A stretch of DNA of 64,000 nt from Armatimonadota bacterium (GCA_037445735.1 JBBIJY010000001.1:63883-127882); one strand, 5' to 3'. Counted from the first letter of the stretch, positions 20,244 through 30,100 are shown. Notes: generated by a model from the sequence alone, not told the origin. A program made the numbers and translations.

Positions 20244-20923
20244 AGCGTCCGAACCTCTATCCGCCAGTCCACAATGTCCAGATCGGGATCCGCCACATCG
20301 CCCGACACCTCAATCCCCGTATCCGCATTCCGAAAAATGCGGTTCTGATCGATGCGAATGTTCAGATAGCGATTGATCTCCACGCGGCTGTCGCCCAGTG
20401 CGTCCCACGCTTTCGGCGTCGGGTCGTTCGGGTCTAACGGCACGCGATCCGTCGCGATGAAGTTCACCTGCACATAGATCATCGCCCGCGCCGCGTCAGG
20501 GTCAGGAATGAATTGCGTCAGATCAACCTCGAAGCGCAGACGGTTGCTGTTCGCGCCCACAGGCTCCGACACGCGCGGCGCACCGATATAAACAAAATTG
20601 AGCAGGTTGGAGCCTTCCACCACCCGATACAGCCCGTAGCCACCCTGCGGCTGAGACGAATCGAAACGCATAAAATGGGTGAACGCGCCCGCCGCAAAGC
20701 CGTTGCCCCACGGACGGGTCACCACCGGAATGGGTCCCTGCTGACCGGTGGGGTCATTGCTGAGATTGAACAGCACGAAGTAAGTATATTCAGGGCGTAT
20801 CCGCCCTGCAACCTGCAGTTCAATCACCAGCCGGCGCACGCCCGCCCCCGCAGGAGTGGAGGGGAACCGTGCGCAGCCCGTCAGCCCCAGAAGCAACCCC
20901 AGCCACAACCCGTGCGCCTTCAC
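20240..20923 (-). CDS. Lipoprotein of unknown function
   Basis: Lipobox LGLLLGLTG-C at the N-terminus. Its stop overlaps the start of the MFS-HEAT gene (ATGA at 20240-20243), implying translational coupling. Confidence 0.65.
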   Translation of the reverse strand: MKAHGLWLGLLLGLTGCARFPSTPAGAGVRRLVIELQVAGRIRPEYTYFVLFNLSNDPTGQQGPIPVVTRPWGNGFAAGAFTHFMRFDSSQPQGGYGLYRVVEGSNLLNFVYIGAPRVSEPVGANSNRLRFEVDLTQFIPDPDAARAMIYVQVNFIATDRVPLDPNDPTPKAWDALGDSRVEINRYLNIRIDQNRIFRNADTGIEVSGDVADPDLDIVDWRIEVRTL

Positions 20924-21074
20924 CCGCAGGAGTATACCTTGACCGCTCTAAACCTCCGAAGAGTGTTCGAAAATTCCGATTGTGGAGGCTGGTCGCCCCA
21001 CTGCCGAAACCCTCCCCCCAGAGGGCAAGGAAATTCTTTTACCCGCACGGTGGATTGAGGTAAGCTCGAAAGGG

Positions 21075-22442
21075 ATGGGAAAGGTTTCAGGCGACACGAT
21101 AGCAGCGGTAGCGACGCCACCGGGTGAGGGCGGCATCGGCATCGTGCGGGTCAGCGGACCGCTGGCGTTCACGCTTGCCGAACGCATCTTCCGGCAGGCA
21201 CGCCCCACCGCGCTGGAGAGCCACCGCATCTACTTCGGCACCCTCTGTGATCCCGACACGGGCGAGGCGCTGGATCGCGCCCTGCTGCTGACTTTCCGCG
21301 CCCCGCACAGCTACACGGGCGAGGATGTGGTCGAGTTCAGCTGCCATGGCAGTCCCTTGCTTTTGCGGCGCGTGTTGAGCCTGCTCTGGCGGCTGGGCGC
21401 CCGACCCGCGCAACCGGGCGAGTTCACCCAGCGCGCCTTCCTGAACGGCAAGCTCGACCTGGCGCAGGCAGAAGCGGTCGCCGACCTCATTCGCGCCCGC
21501 ACCGAAAGCCAGCTCCGTGCCGCCCTCTACCTGCACGAGGGCAAACTCTCCCGCGCCATCCGCCAGCTGAACGACCAGCTGCTCGCGCTCTTAGCCGAAG
21601 TGGAAGCCACCATCGACTTTTCGGAGGAGATCGGTGAGCTGGATCGCGAATCGTTTGCCCGACGACTTCAAGCCCTGCTGGATCAGCTCAGTCAGCTGCT
21701 TCGGACGGCGCAGTCGGGGCGCCTCCTGCGCGAGGGCGTGCGCGTCGCCATCGTGGGACGACCCAATGTGGGCAAGTCGTCCCTGCTGAACGCCCTGCTG
21801 GGCGAAGACCGTGCGATTGTTACGCCCATTCCCGGCACCACGCGCGACCTCATCGAGGAGGCGTTCCAGATTCAGGGCATACCCATCGTGGTGCTGGACA
21901 CCGCCGGGCTGCGCGAGAACCCGGACCCCGTGGAGCAAATGGGCATCGAGCGCACGCATCGCGCGATGGAGCATGCCGACCTGCTGCTAATTGTGCTCGA
22001 TGTGAGCGAGGGGCTGACCGCCGACGATCGCGCCCTGCTCAAGCGGTTGCCCGTGAACAAGCCTCACATCATCGTCTGGAACAAAGCCGATCTGGTGGCG
22101 GAGAGCGTCATTCCGCCCCCTGTCGGGGAGGTCGCCGTGAAGGTCTCCGCGCTCACAGGCGCGGGGCTGGACAGGCTCTGCACCGCGATTCTGGAACGGA
22201 TGAACCTGACAGGTGTGGGCGAGGAAAGCCTGCTGCTGACCCATCAACGCCATGTGCAGGCGGTGGAGGACGCCTGCCGGCATCTGCAGAGCGCGCTGCA
22301 GGCAACGCGCGCCGAACTGCCCGCCGACCTGATCGCGGTCGACCTGCGCGCGGCATGGCAGGCACTGGGCGAAATCACAGGTGAGAGCGTCGACGAGACA
22401 CTCATCCAGCGCATCTTTCAGGACTTCTGCATCGGCAAGTAA
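21075..22442 (+). CDS. mnmE: tRNA modification GTPase MnmE
   Basis: Internal ATG (M32) of ORF 20982..22442 gives a typical ~455-aa MnmE: [23 protein letters not shown]-domain motifs GRPNVGKSS / DTAGLR / NKAD, and the C-terminal FCIGK. Confidence 0.9.
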   Translation: MGKVSGDTIAAVATPPGEGGIGIVRVSGPLAFTLAERIFRQARPTALESHRIYFGTLCDPDTGEALDRALLLTFRAPHSYTGEDVVEFSCHGSPLLLRRVLSLLWRLGARPAQPGEFTQRAFLNGKLDLAQAEAVADLIRARTESQLRAALYLHEGKLSRAIRQLNDQLLALLAEVEATIDFSEEIGELDRESFARRLQALLDQLSQLLRTAQSGRLLREGVRVAIVGRPNVGKSSLLNALLGEDRAIVTPIPGTTRDLIEEAFQIQGIPIVVLDTAGLRENPDPVEQMGIERTHRAMEHADLLLIVLDVSEGLTADDRALLKRLPVNKPHIIVWNKADLVAESVIPPPVGEVAVKVSALTGAGLDRLCTAILERMNLTGVGEESLLLTHQRHVQAVEDACRHLQSALQATRAELPADLIAVDLRAAWQALGEITGESVDETLIQRIFQDFCIGK

Positions 22443-22451
22443 ACGCAGGGT

Positions 22452-23123
22452 ATGCTTGCTGCGATGGGTTCAGAAATCGTTCAGCAGGTGGTGCACAGGC
22501 TGGAGGCGCGATATGGCGTCGCGCAGTGGAAGCCGCGCATGGAGCCGCTGGAAGAGCTGATCCACTGCATTCTCTCCCAGCACACTTCGGACACCAACTC
22601 GTTTCGGGCGTTTCGGGCGCTGCGGGAGGCGTTCCCCAGCTGGCAGGCGGTGGTGGACGCGCCCACCGAGCAGGTCGCTGCAGCCATTCGCGCGGGCGGG
22701 CTGGCAAACCAGAAGGCGCCGCGCATTCAGGCGGTGCTGCGCACCCTCTACCAGCAGTTCGGCGACTACTCGCTGGACGCGCTCCAGCAGATGGACACCG
22801 AGTCGGCACGCCGATTCCTGCTGAGTCTGCCCGGCATCGGACCCAAGTGCGCGGCGATTGTGCTGTGCTTCTCGCTGGGACGCCCTGTGATACCGGTGGA
22901 CACGCATGTGTTTCGGGTGTCGTGGCGATTGGGGCTGATTCCACGCTCCATCGGCGAGGCGAAGGCGCATCAGGCGCTGGAGGCGATGGTGCCGCCCGAT
23001 CTGGCGTATCGGTTCCATGTCGCGCTCATTCGGCACGGGCGCGCCCTCTGCAAAGCGCAGCGCCCGCTGTGCGAGCAGTGCCCCCTCACCGACCTCTGCG
23101 CCTACTACCGCAACGCCACATAG
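22452..23123 (+). CDS. nth: Endonuclease III-like HhH-GPD DNA glycosylase with 4Fe-4S cluster loop
   Basis: HhH motif (LLSLPGIGPKCAAIVL), catalytic region (PVDTHVFRV), and C-terminal Cys ligands C-x6-C-x2-C-x5-C (CKAQRPLCEQCPLTDLC). Confidence 0.8.
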   Translation: MLAAMGSEIVQQVVHRLEARYGVAQWKPRMEPLEELIHCILSQHTSDTNSFRAFRALREAFPSWQAVVDAPTEQVAAAIRAGGLANQKAPRIQAVLRTLYQQFGDYSLDALQQMDTESARRFLLSLPGIGPKCAAIVLCFSLGRPVIPVDTHVFRVSWRLGLIPRSIGEAKAHQALEAMVPPDLAYRFHVALIRHGRALCKAQRPLCEQCPLTDLCAYYRNAT

Positions 23124-23890
23124 AACACCCGATCCGAATCGCGCAGCGGCGGCTGGAAGGTGTAGGCGTCGCAGGCATGAACGACGCGAAAGCCCGCGTC
23201 GGTAAGCATCGCGCGCACCTCCGCCTCGCTGTACGCCCGCTGACGATGAACCTCCACAAAATAGCGCTCCCGATTGCCCTCCTGCACCCAGAACTCCATG
23301 CGCACGGTGCAGAGGCGTGTGGCGCGGTCATACTCGCTGCGCCAGCGATAGCGAATGGGCGCACTGCGCCGCCGCTCCGACTGGTCAAACATCCGATGCA
23401 CAAAGGCGTACTCGGTGTTCAGGTCAAAAATGAACGCCCCGGGCAGGTTCAGATGGCGATGGACGCGCCGCAGGCACTCGGCGAACCGCGCAGGCTCGAT
23501 AATGTTGTTCAGGCTGTCGAACACGCTCACCACCAGATCGAAGGTGAAGGGCAGGTCTAACTCGGCAGCATCCTGCACAAAGTAGGGAATCTCATAGCCG
23601 CTCTCCTGCGCCTTTCGGCGTGCCTGTTCGATCATTGGCGCGGAGATGTCCACGCCGACCACCGAATAGCCCTCCAGATAAAACAGCTCGGTGAGGTTGC
23701 CCGTGCCGCAGCAGAGGTCCAGCACGCGCTGCGGAAAGCCTGCAGGCGGGGTTATCTTTTCCTCTTCCAGCACATGCGTGAGCAACGCCTCGATGTAGTG
23801 GAACCACCAGGTGTAGGGGATTCCACGCATCAGGCAGTCGTAGTAGGGCGCGACCGCCTGAAACGGCTCAGACGGCGAAGAGGCTGTCAT
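23105..23890 (-). CDS. Class I SAM-dependent methyltransferase
   Basis: Motif I VLDLCCGTGNLT, followed by VVGVDIS and post-I elements. Convergent 19-nt overlap with the nth-like gene. Confidence 0.8.
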   Translation of the reverse strand: MTASSPSEPFQAVAPYYDCLMRGIPYTWWFHYIEALLTHVLEEEKITPPAGFPQRVLDLCCGTGNLTELFYLEGYSVVGVDISAPMIEQARRKAQESGYEIPYFVQDAAELDLPFTFDLVVSVFDSLNNIIEPARFAECLRRVHRHLNLPGAFIFDLNTEYAFVHRMFDQSERRRSAPIRYRWRSEYDRATRLCTVRMEFWVQEGNRERYFVEVHRQRAYSEAEVRAMLTDAGFRVVHACDAYTFQPPLRDSDRVFYVALR

Positions 23891-24539
23891 CCAGACCCTG
23901 ATTCACCCTGATATTGGAGTTCACCGTGCGCCCGCCGAAGCGTTGCGCCGCATTATAGACCTCCACGCGCGTCGGTATCCAGATGCCAGGCGCGGCTTCG
24001 ATCGGCTGCTTGTATTCAAAGCGGGCGCGATACTTGCCTGTGCGACTGTACCACACGCGCCGCACCGTGATGCGCTTCTGCGGGTCAAGCCACACGATAT
24101 GCGTCGATTCGTCGTCGCCGTAGTTCCATCGGAGTTCAAACACAGAGAGCGTCGTGCCGCCCTCCCTCTCCTCGCGCTGGAACCTCGCTTCGAGCTGACG
24201 GGCGAGGGCGGGCGTGATAAAGCCGAAATCGAGGGTCGTCTGACGCTTGCCAGGCGAGTTGGACACATCATCCCGCACACGCTGACCGGGCGCAATCACC
24301 AGTTTAATACCGCCGTTGATAATGTAGATGATTCGTCGGGACAGCACCTCCGATTCGAGGCGCAGCTTGAACGGCTCCTTGTAGTAAGCCTTCATCCACT
24401 TGAAGCGATAGGAGTTGGCGAAGTCCTCGTTGATTCGGCGCAGCTCGCCCAATCGCACGCCTTCCGCCTTCACATCCATCTGGAAGTCGCGCAGCCTGTC
24501 CTGCACCATCGCACGAAAATCGGGCACCAAGCGTATCAT
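23868..24539 (-). CDS. Hypothetical protein (possibly LolA/RseB-like fold)
   Basis: ORF 23868..24539. No signal peptide seen. The fold guess rests only on weak resemblance to lipoprotein-sorting-like proteins. Confidence 0.45.
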   Translation of the reverse strand: MIRLVPDFRAMVQDRLRDFQMDVKAEGVRLGELRRINEDFANSYRFKWMKAYYKEPFKLRLESEVLSRRIIYIINGGIKLVIAPGQRVRDDVSNSPGKRQTTLDFGFITPALARQLEARFQREEREGGTTLSVFELRWNYGDDESTHIVWLDPQKRITVRRVWYSRTGKYRARFEYKQPIEAAPGIWIPTRVEVYNAAQRFGGRTVNSNIRVNQGLDDSLFAV

Positions 24540-24684
24540 AGCTCTGATTATACCCCCGCTGCCTTTTGCACGAATGGCTGGGTGATGCTTTGATGGGTAG
24601 ATCGCCTCTTTATCGGCAGGAATCGCCCATCACCTGGCGTATTCCACTCTTAGCGAGGTGAGCAGCGATGCTCCGGGTTAGCCG

Positions 24685-25332
24685 ATGTTCGCCCTGGCGC
24701 GATTCAGCGGTGACAGAGAGGCTCTCGCGCTGTGGTGTGCTTCACACCGGTGCACAGTTGGGCAGGAGGTGGCGGTTGTGAAGATCCCACCCTGCGACCC
24801 GTTGCGTGATCTGACGCCCGATCTGCAGAAGGCTGCCCGTGCTGCTGTGCGGTATGCGTGCCAGCACTTTTGCCCGCCTGCTTACTCGCTCGACTACTGG
24901 CGCGACGAGTGCCTCCAGATTGCTGCCGTTGCTGTCTGGCATGCCAGACAGCACTATAAGCCCGACCTGAACATCTCCTGCACCACTTATGCCTACATAT
25001 GCGCTCTGCGAGCGCTCAAAAAGGAGTACGAGCGCGTTTGCCGCCTTTACAATCGGGAGGTCGTCTGGCCCACGGACCCCGAAACGGGTGAAGAGATGGA
25101 GGTGGAAGACACAAGCGCGTATGAAGCAATCGAGTGGGCAGTGTGCTCCAGCGAGCTGTGGGCAGCCCTGACAAAGCTGGAGGAGCCTGACCACTGGCTG
25201 GTAGAACAGGTATGGATTGAAGAACACTGCCAGATGGAGGTGGCGCAGGAGCTGGGCATTTCGCAAGCCACACTGTCCCGGCGTCTGGCGCGAATCAGGG
25301 CGAAGCTGCGCCAGTGGCTGGGCGATGAGTAG
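24685..25332 (+). CDS. Sigma-70 family (ECF-like) RNA polymerase sigma factor, unusually Cys-rich
   Basis: Region-2-like N-terminus (SGDREALALWCASH..., WHARQHY). Region 4 HTH (MEVAQELGISQATLSRRLARIRAKLRQWL). About 11 Cys residues. No adjacent anti-sigma gene recognised. Confidence 0.65.
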   Translation: MFALARFSGDREALALWCASHRCTVGQEVAVVKIPPCDPLRDLTPDLQKAARAAVRYACQHFCPPAYSLDYWRDECLQIAAVAVWHARQHYKPDLNISCTTYAYICALRALKKEYERVCRLYNREVVWPTDPETGEEMEVEDTSAYEAIEWAVCSSELWAALTKLEEPDHWLVEQVWIEEHCQMEVAQELGISQATLSRRLARIRAKLRQWLGDE

Positions 25333-25459
25333 TCGGGGTGATCTGAGGCAGATTGGGGAACGAAACCTGCAAGAGGGCTGCATAAAACGACGACGGCGAG
25401 ACTATTAATATCCCTGTGGAAGGGGATACAAACCCCTTCGAAAGGGAGGCATAGCGGAA

Positions 25460-28400
25460 ATGTTAACACGGCTCAATCTTGGCGTTTTGTTGTTCGCTGT
25501 GACGCTGGGTGCAGCGCTCTATGCCCAGCAAGACTGTGACGCGTGTGTGCGTATTCGCGATGCGCGAATCAATTGCCCGAGCGACGCATCAGGCAATATC
25601 ACCTGGACCTTTGAGGTGACCAACGACTCGGACTTCGCCGCGACCTACCTGTTCTTTCTGACGACGCCGCCTGGTGTTTCCGTTTCACCCAATCCCATCG
25701 TTTTTGACCCGCCGCTGGCGCCGGGTGAAACGCGCCCTGTAACAGTTACCATCAGCGGCGCGCTGCCCGGACAGCAACTCTGTTTCGACCTCGTGCTCTA
25801 TAACGCGCAACTCAATCGGTGCTGTCGGGTTCGACACTGCATCACGATCCCGGGATGCTGTTTTGCGGTGACCGATGAGGTGGTCTGGTGCGAACCTGGC
25901 ACAGGCGACTTTATCTACCAGTTCACGATTTTCAACCAGTTCCCGGCGATTATCCAGTATGTGGTGATTGTGTCGGAGACGCCGGGGGTGTCGGTGGATC
26001 CGCAGGTGATTTATCTGGTGCCGCCGCTGGGCTATCTGCAATCGCGCACGCTGCAGGTGCGGTTGCACGGAGCCGTCCCAGGACAAACGGTGCGCCTGCG
26101 GATAGGCTTGCTGGACATCTTCGGGCGATTCTGCTGCTCGGAAGTGCGCGAGATCACCATGCCACCGTGCTGTTTGACCTTCCGCGCGCGTGTGGAATGC
26201 ACGCCAGAGGGTGGGCGGATGACTATCTGCGTCACCAACTGGTTCCCTGCAAATGCCTGCTTTGTGGGCATCACGCCCGTCACACCGGGGGTTGTCGTGG
26301 AGCCTGCGCTGGTGGCGTTGGATCCGCCCTTGCAGTTTGGGCAGACACGCTGTTTTACCGTGCAGTTGCGCTACACGGCGGGTGGTGGCTGTCCGCGCGA
26401 AGTCTGCTTTGTGCTGACCCTGTACGACTGCTTCTTCCGCCAGTGCTGCGCCGTGCGAGGCTGCGTGCAGGCGCCTGCATTGCCTATCAGCCGCACCTAC
26501 ACGACCAGCCAGGATTTCCTGGAAGGCGAGCTGGACAATGTGAACCTGAACATCCCCGACCAGCTCCAGCTGAACCCGGTGGATGAAACCACTATCACCT
26601 ACCCCTACGCGTGGTTCGCGAACTGGGTGGATGGCACGGTGTCCAAGTTCGATATGCGCACGGGCAAAGAGGTGGCGCGCTACTACACGGGACCCATAAC
26701 TGGCGTTTGTCGCCAAGCGCAACCGTCGCGCATGTCGGTGGATGCTGACGGCAACCTGTGGGTCATCAACCGAGCGGTGCAGTATGTAACCGTGGTGCAG
26801 ATTCTGAACGACTCGTTCATCGACCGCAACGGCGATAGTCAGGAGCAGACCTCGCGCGATTTGAACAACAACGGCTGTATTGATCCCGACGAGATATTGC
26901 CGTGGGGTCAGGATGAGCGTGTGGCGCGCGTGTATGCGATTCGTCGTCCCGATGGCGACATTCCTGGCGTTGATCAGTTGGGTCGAGGGGTGGTTGTGGA
27001 CTCCAACGGCTACATCTGGGCAGGGCTGTGGAACGAGGCTCGTGTGGTGCAGATTGCGCCTGACCTCGATCCGTTCCAGTACCGTCCCGATGCCTGGATA
27101 GATGCCTGCCAGGCGCCGCCTCCCCAGCTCTATCCGCCGCTGCTGGAGTCGGTGTCAACATCGCCTGCCCGCCCATACGGTTTGACACTGGCGCCTAACG
27201 GCTTCCTGTACGGGGCATCGCTTAGTCCCTACATCTTTGAGATCTGCCCTGGCGACCCGAATGTGCCTGGTGATGCCCAGCTAACGAGGGTCATCAACAT
27301 TCCAGGCTTCGTCACCTACGGCATCGCTGTTGACCAGCAGTGCCGCGTGTGGTCCGTGAATGCTTGGGGCGGCCATATCGCTGGCTACGATCCCACTACT
27401 GACACCTTGAAACTATCAAACCAGGCGTTTGGCGGCCTCTGGCGCGGCTGCACGGTTGACCCGAACGGGTGTATCTGGACATCGGCAACCTCCCCCAGCG
27501 GCATGGTGGTGAAGTGGTGCATTCCCGACTTCAACGATCCCAACACCTGGACTGTACAGACGCAGACCTACAACACCCACAACGGTGGCACGGGCATTGC
27601 TGCGACGGTCGCTCCCCCGAACTCGGGTCTGCCCTTCTCCATCATCGTGGCTGGCGGTAGCGAAGCACCTGCTGGCTGGACGCAGATTAACCCCATCACC
27701 ATGGCTCCACTCGCCAGCGATACCTGCCCGCACAATCGGCTGGCGGTCTACAACTACACCGACTTCACGGGGTCGCTGCTGCGCATCACCCAGCAGACAG
27801 GGAGCTGGACAGTGGTGTACGACAGCGGCTGCGACGACACCCAGTGGGGCGTGGTGCGCTGGAACGCCTTTGTGCCGCCGGGCGCCGTGCTGAAGGTCAG
27901 GGTGCGCGCGTCCAACATCTTTGGCGGGTGGCCTGAGTACGAAGAGGTGCAGAATGGTCAGGCGTTCTGCCAGCGCGGGCGCTACCTGCAGGTGCAGGTG
28001 GTCTTCTCGCGTCGCCGACAGGGTCAGCAGTGCAGTCGTGAGGTGTGCCGCGGCGCGTTCGGTGATAGCCCCATCCTGTATGACCTGACGATTGCGTCGC
28101 TGTGCGAGTGTCCGCGCGGCACCCTGCAGGGCACGCTCTACTGCGATCGCAATCGCAACGGCTCGCAGGACGCCAGCGAGAACGGGCTGGCAGGCTGGAC
28201 GGTCGTGCTGCGCGACACGCACGGCAATACTGCCAGCGTGGCCACCGACGCGCAGGGGCACTATGAGGTAGAGACGCTGCCCTCGGGGCGGTACGAGGTG
28301 GCGGTGGTGATTCCGCCTGCCTGGCGCGCGGTTACGCCTGCGACGGGACGCTACGAGGTGGAGGTGCAGGAAGGTCGCGCCTATCGCCTCGACTTCGGCG

Positions 28401-28576
28401 TGTCGCTGCGGGCGGATGTGAACGCCGACGGCATCGTGAATGATGCTGACCTGCTGGCGGTGCTGTTCGCCTTCGGCAGTACTGGTCAGGAGCTGGCAGA
28501 GGATGTAACCGAAGACGGCGTGGTCGACGACGCCGACCTGTTGATGGTGCTGTTCAGCTTCGGTCAGCACTGCTGA
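25460..28576 (+). CDS. Large secreted protein: signal peptide, three ~105-aa Cys-rich Ig-like repeats, beta-propeller-like central region, SdrD/Cna-B-like domain, C-terminal dockerin-type module
   Basis: Signal peptide MLTRLNLGVLLFAVTLGAALYA. Three repeats end in CC motifs (RCCRVRHCITIPGCC / RFCCSEVREITMPPCC / RQCCAVRGC). Also GTLYCDRNRNGSQD...GWTVVLRD...GHYEV...GRYEV, and the C-terminus [21 protein letters not shown]...[21 protein letters not shown]. Confidence 0.8.
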   Translation: MLTRLNLGVLLFAVTLGAALYAQQDCDACVRIRDARINCPSDASGNITWTFEVTNDSDFAATYLFFLTTPPGVSVSPNPIVFDPPLAPGETRPVTVTISGALPGQQLCFDLVLYNAQLNRCCRVRHCITIPGCCFAVTDEVVWCEPGTGDFIYQFTIFNQFPAIIQYVVIVSETPGVSVDPQVIYLVPPLGYLQSRTLQVRLHGAVPGQTVRLRIGLLDIFGRFCCSEVREITMPPCCLTFRARVECTPEGGRMTICVTNWFPANACFVGITPVTPGVVVEPALVALDPPLQFGQTRCFTVQLRYTAGGGCPREVCFVLTLYDCFFRQCCAVRGCVQAPALPISRTYTTSQDFLEGELDNVNLNIPDQLQLNPVDETTITYPYAWFANWVDGTVSKFDMRTGKEVARYYTGPITGVCRQAQPSRMSVDADGNLWVINRAVQYVTVVQILNDSFIDRNGDSQEQTSRDLNNNGCIDPDEILPWGQDERVARVYAIRRPDGDIPGVDQLGRGVVVDSNGYIWAGLWNEARVVQIAPDLDPFQYRPDAWIDACQAPPPQLYPPLLESVSTSPARPYGLTLAPNGFLYGASLSPYIFEICPGDPNVPGDAQLTRVINIPGFVTYGIAVDQQCRVWSVNAWGGHIAGYDPTTDTLKLSNQAFGGLWRGCTVDPNGCIWTSATSPSGMVVKWCIPDFNDPNTWTVQTQTYNTHNGGTGIAATVAPPNSGLPFSIIVAGGSEAPAGWTQINPITMAPLASDTCPHNRLAVYNYTDFTGSLLRITQQTGSWTVVYDSGCDDTQWGVVRWNAFVPPGAVLKVRVRASNIFGGWPEYEEVQNGQAFCQRGRYLQVQVVFSRRRQGQQCSREVCRGAFGDSPILYDLTIASLCECPRGTLQGTLYCDRNRNGSQDASENGLAGWTVVLRDTHGNTASVATDAQGHYEVETLPSGRYEVAVVIPPAWRAVTPATGRYEVEVQEGRAYRLDFGVSLRADVNADGIVNDADLLAVLFAFGSTGQELAEDVTEDGVVDDADLLMVLFSFGQHC

Positions 28577-28590
28577 AGCGTTTCCCGCTC

Positions 28591-28635
28591 CATCCCCCCT
28601 CCTGAAGCTTCAGGAGGGGGGATGTTTATTTTTTT
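28591..28635 (+). terminator. Rho-independent terminator: perfect 34-nt palindrome plus T-tract
   Basis: catcccccctcctgaag/cttcaggaggggggatg (28591-28624) followed by tttattttttt (28625-28635), 15 nt after the stop of 25460..28576. Confidence 0.8.
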
Positions 28636-28656
28636 AACGGCAGAGGAGGTGTGTTC

Positions 28657-29067
28657 CTATCTCCTCCGCTCAGTTTGCAGTCGACGCAGATAGGTCTCCA
28701 GCAGCAGGGCGGCGGCGATGGAGTCCTGAACGGCGCGACGCTGCCGACGACGATAACCACCCTGCAACAGCCGGCGCTCCGCCTCCTGACTGCTCAACCG
28801 CTCATCGACGGTGTCGATGGGAACCTCAAGATGGGCGCGCAGCGCTTCAATAAACGCCTGCACCTGCTGGGCGCGCGAACCCGCCTCGCCCGAAAGCCGA
28901 TAGGGCATGCCCACCACGATTCGGTCAGGCTTCTGCTCCTGCAGGAAGCGCAATACCGCCTGCAAATCGTTCGGCAGCACCGCGGCGGGCAGGGCCACAC
29001 CCACCTCCATCTCGGCAACCGCCGCTCCGATGCGCTTCTCGCCGTAATCGAGCGCGACGATTCGCAT
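28657..29067 (-). CDS. ruvX: Holliday junction resolvase RuvX (YqgF family)
   Basis: MRIVALDYGEKRIGAAVAE... N-terminus and a ~136-aa length typical of YqgF/RuvX. Confidence 0.9.
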   Translation of the reverse strand: MRIVALDYGEKRIGAAVAEMEVGVALPAAVLPNDLQAVLRFLQEQKPDRIVVGMPYRLSGEAGSRAQQVQAFIEALRAHLEVPIDTVDERLSSQEAERRLLQGGYRRRQRRAVQDSIAAALLLETYLRRLQTERRR

Positions 29068-29071
29068 GAGA

Positions 29072-30100
29072 CTACTCCCAGCTCAGCACCACCTTGCCCG
29101 CCGCGCCCGAAGCGGTCAGCTCGAACGCCCGCTCATACTCCTGCCAGGGCAGAATATGCGTGATGGCGGGGCGGATGTCGAGCCTGCCCGACGCCAGCAG
29201 CGCCTGCATCGCCTCCCATGTGGCGTGCAGTTGCCGCCCCAGAATGGCGTGAACCTGCACGGCTTTGAAGATGAGCGCGTTCAGGTCGACGGGCACCGGC
29301 TGGGTGAACAGCCCCAGCAGGCTGATGTGCCCGCCGGGGCGAATCGCGTCGGTGATGAGCGCGACTGCCGACGGATGCCCCGACATCTCCAGCGCGACAT
29401 CGACGCCCAGCCCCTCCGTCTCGCGCCGAATGATGCCCAGCACATCGTCCTGTTGCGGGTCCAGCACCCGATCCGCGCCCATCTGCTCGGCGAGCTGGCG
29501 TCGATAGGGGCGCACTTCGGTCGCATAGATGCGGGCGGCGCCGCACGCGCGGGCAACCGCGATGCTGAACAGCCCGATCGCGCCGCAGCCTGTGATCAGC
29601 ACCGTGCTGCCTGCAATCGGCGTCGCCAGCACCGCATGCACCGCGTTGCCCAGCGGGTCCTGAACAGTGGCGACTTCGGGCGGGATGCGCGGGTCGGTCT
29701 TCTGCGCGTTCGCGGCGGGCACAGCAATAGAGGGCGCGAAGCAGCCGTCAACATCGACGCCCAGAATGCGCGTGCTCTGACACACATGCGCCTGCCCCAG
29801 TCGGCACGGCTTGCAGACCCCGCAGGTGATGTGGCTCTCGCCCGCCACAAAATCGCCCGGCTGAAGATGAGTCACGCCTTCACCGACCGCCTCCACAACA
29901 CCACAGAACTCATGCCCGATAATCAGCGGCGGACGCAAACGCGACTGCGCCCACGAATCCCAGTGGTAGATGTGAAGATCGGTGCCGCACAGTGAAGTGC
30001 GCAGGATACGCACCAGCACCCTATCGGGCTGAAGAGTCGGCTCCGGCACTTCGCATAGCTCCAGCCCTACCCCAGCCTGCGTTTTGCAGATTGCTTTCAT
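29072..30100 (-). CDS. tdh: L-threonine 3-dehydrogenase (Zn-dependent MDR family)
   Basis: Internal ATG (M29) of ORF 29072..30184. MKAICK...LCGTDLHIYHWDSWAQ...GHEFCGVV...GESHITCGVCKPCR...FDP/QDPLGNAVH...GKVVLSWE aligns along its whole length with my recollection of E. coli Tdh. Confidence 0.9.
   Translation of the reverse strand: MKAICKTQAGVGLELCEVPEPTLQPDRVLVRILRTSLCGTDLHIYHWDSWAQSRLRPPLIIGHEFCGVVEAVGEGVTHLQPGDFVAGESHITCGVCKPCRLGQAHVCQSTRILGVDVDGCFAPSIAVPAANAQKTDPRIPPEVATVQDPLGNAVHAVLATPIAGSTVLITGCGAIGLFSIAVARACGAARIYATEVRPYRRQLAEQMGADRVLDPQQDDVLGIIRRETEGLGVDVALEMSGHPSAVALITDAIRPGGHISLLGLFTQPVPVDLNALIFKAVQVHAILGRQLHATWEAMQALLASGRLDIRPAITHILPWQEYERAFELTASGAAGKVVLSWE

Noticed and set aside
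20924-21074. Possible small RNA or tRNA in the larger intergenic gaps (also 24540-24684, 25333-25459, 31317-31412)
   Set aside because: I found no cloverleaf-compatible arms and no T-loop (GTTCRANYC) or anticodon-stem pattern by eye. These gaps look like promoter and leader regions. A tRNA/ncRNA scan was not run.
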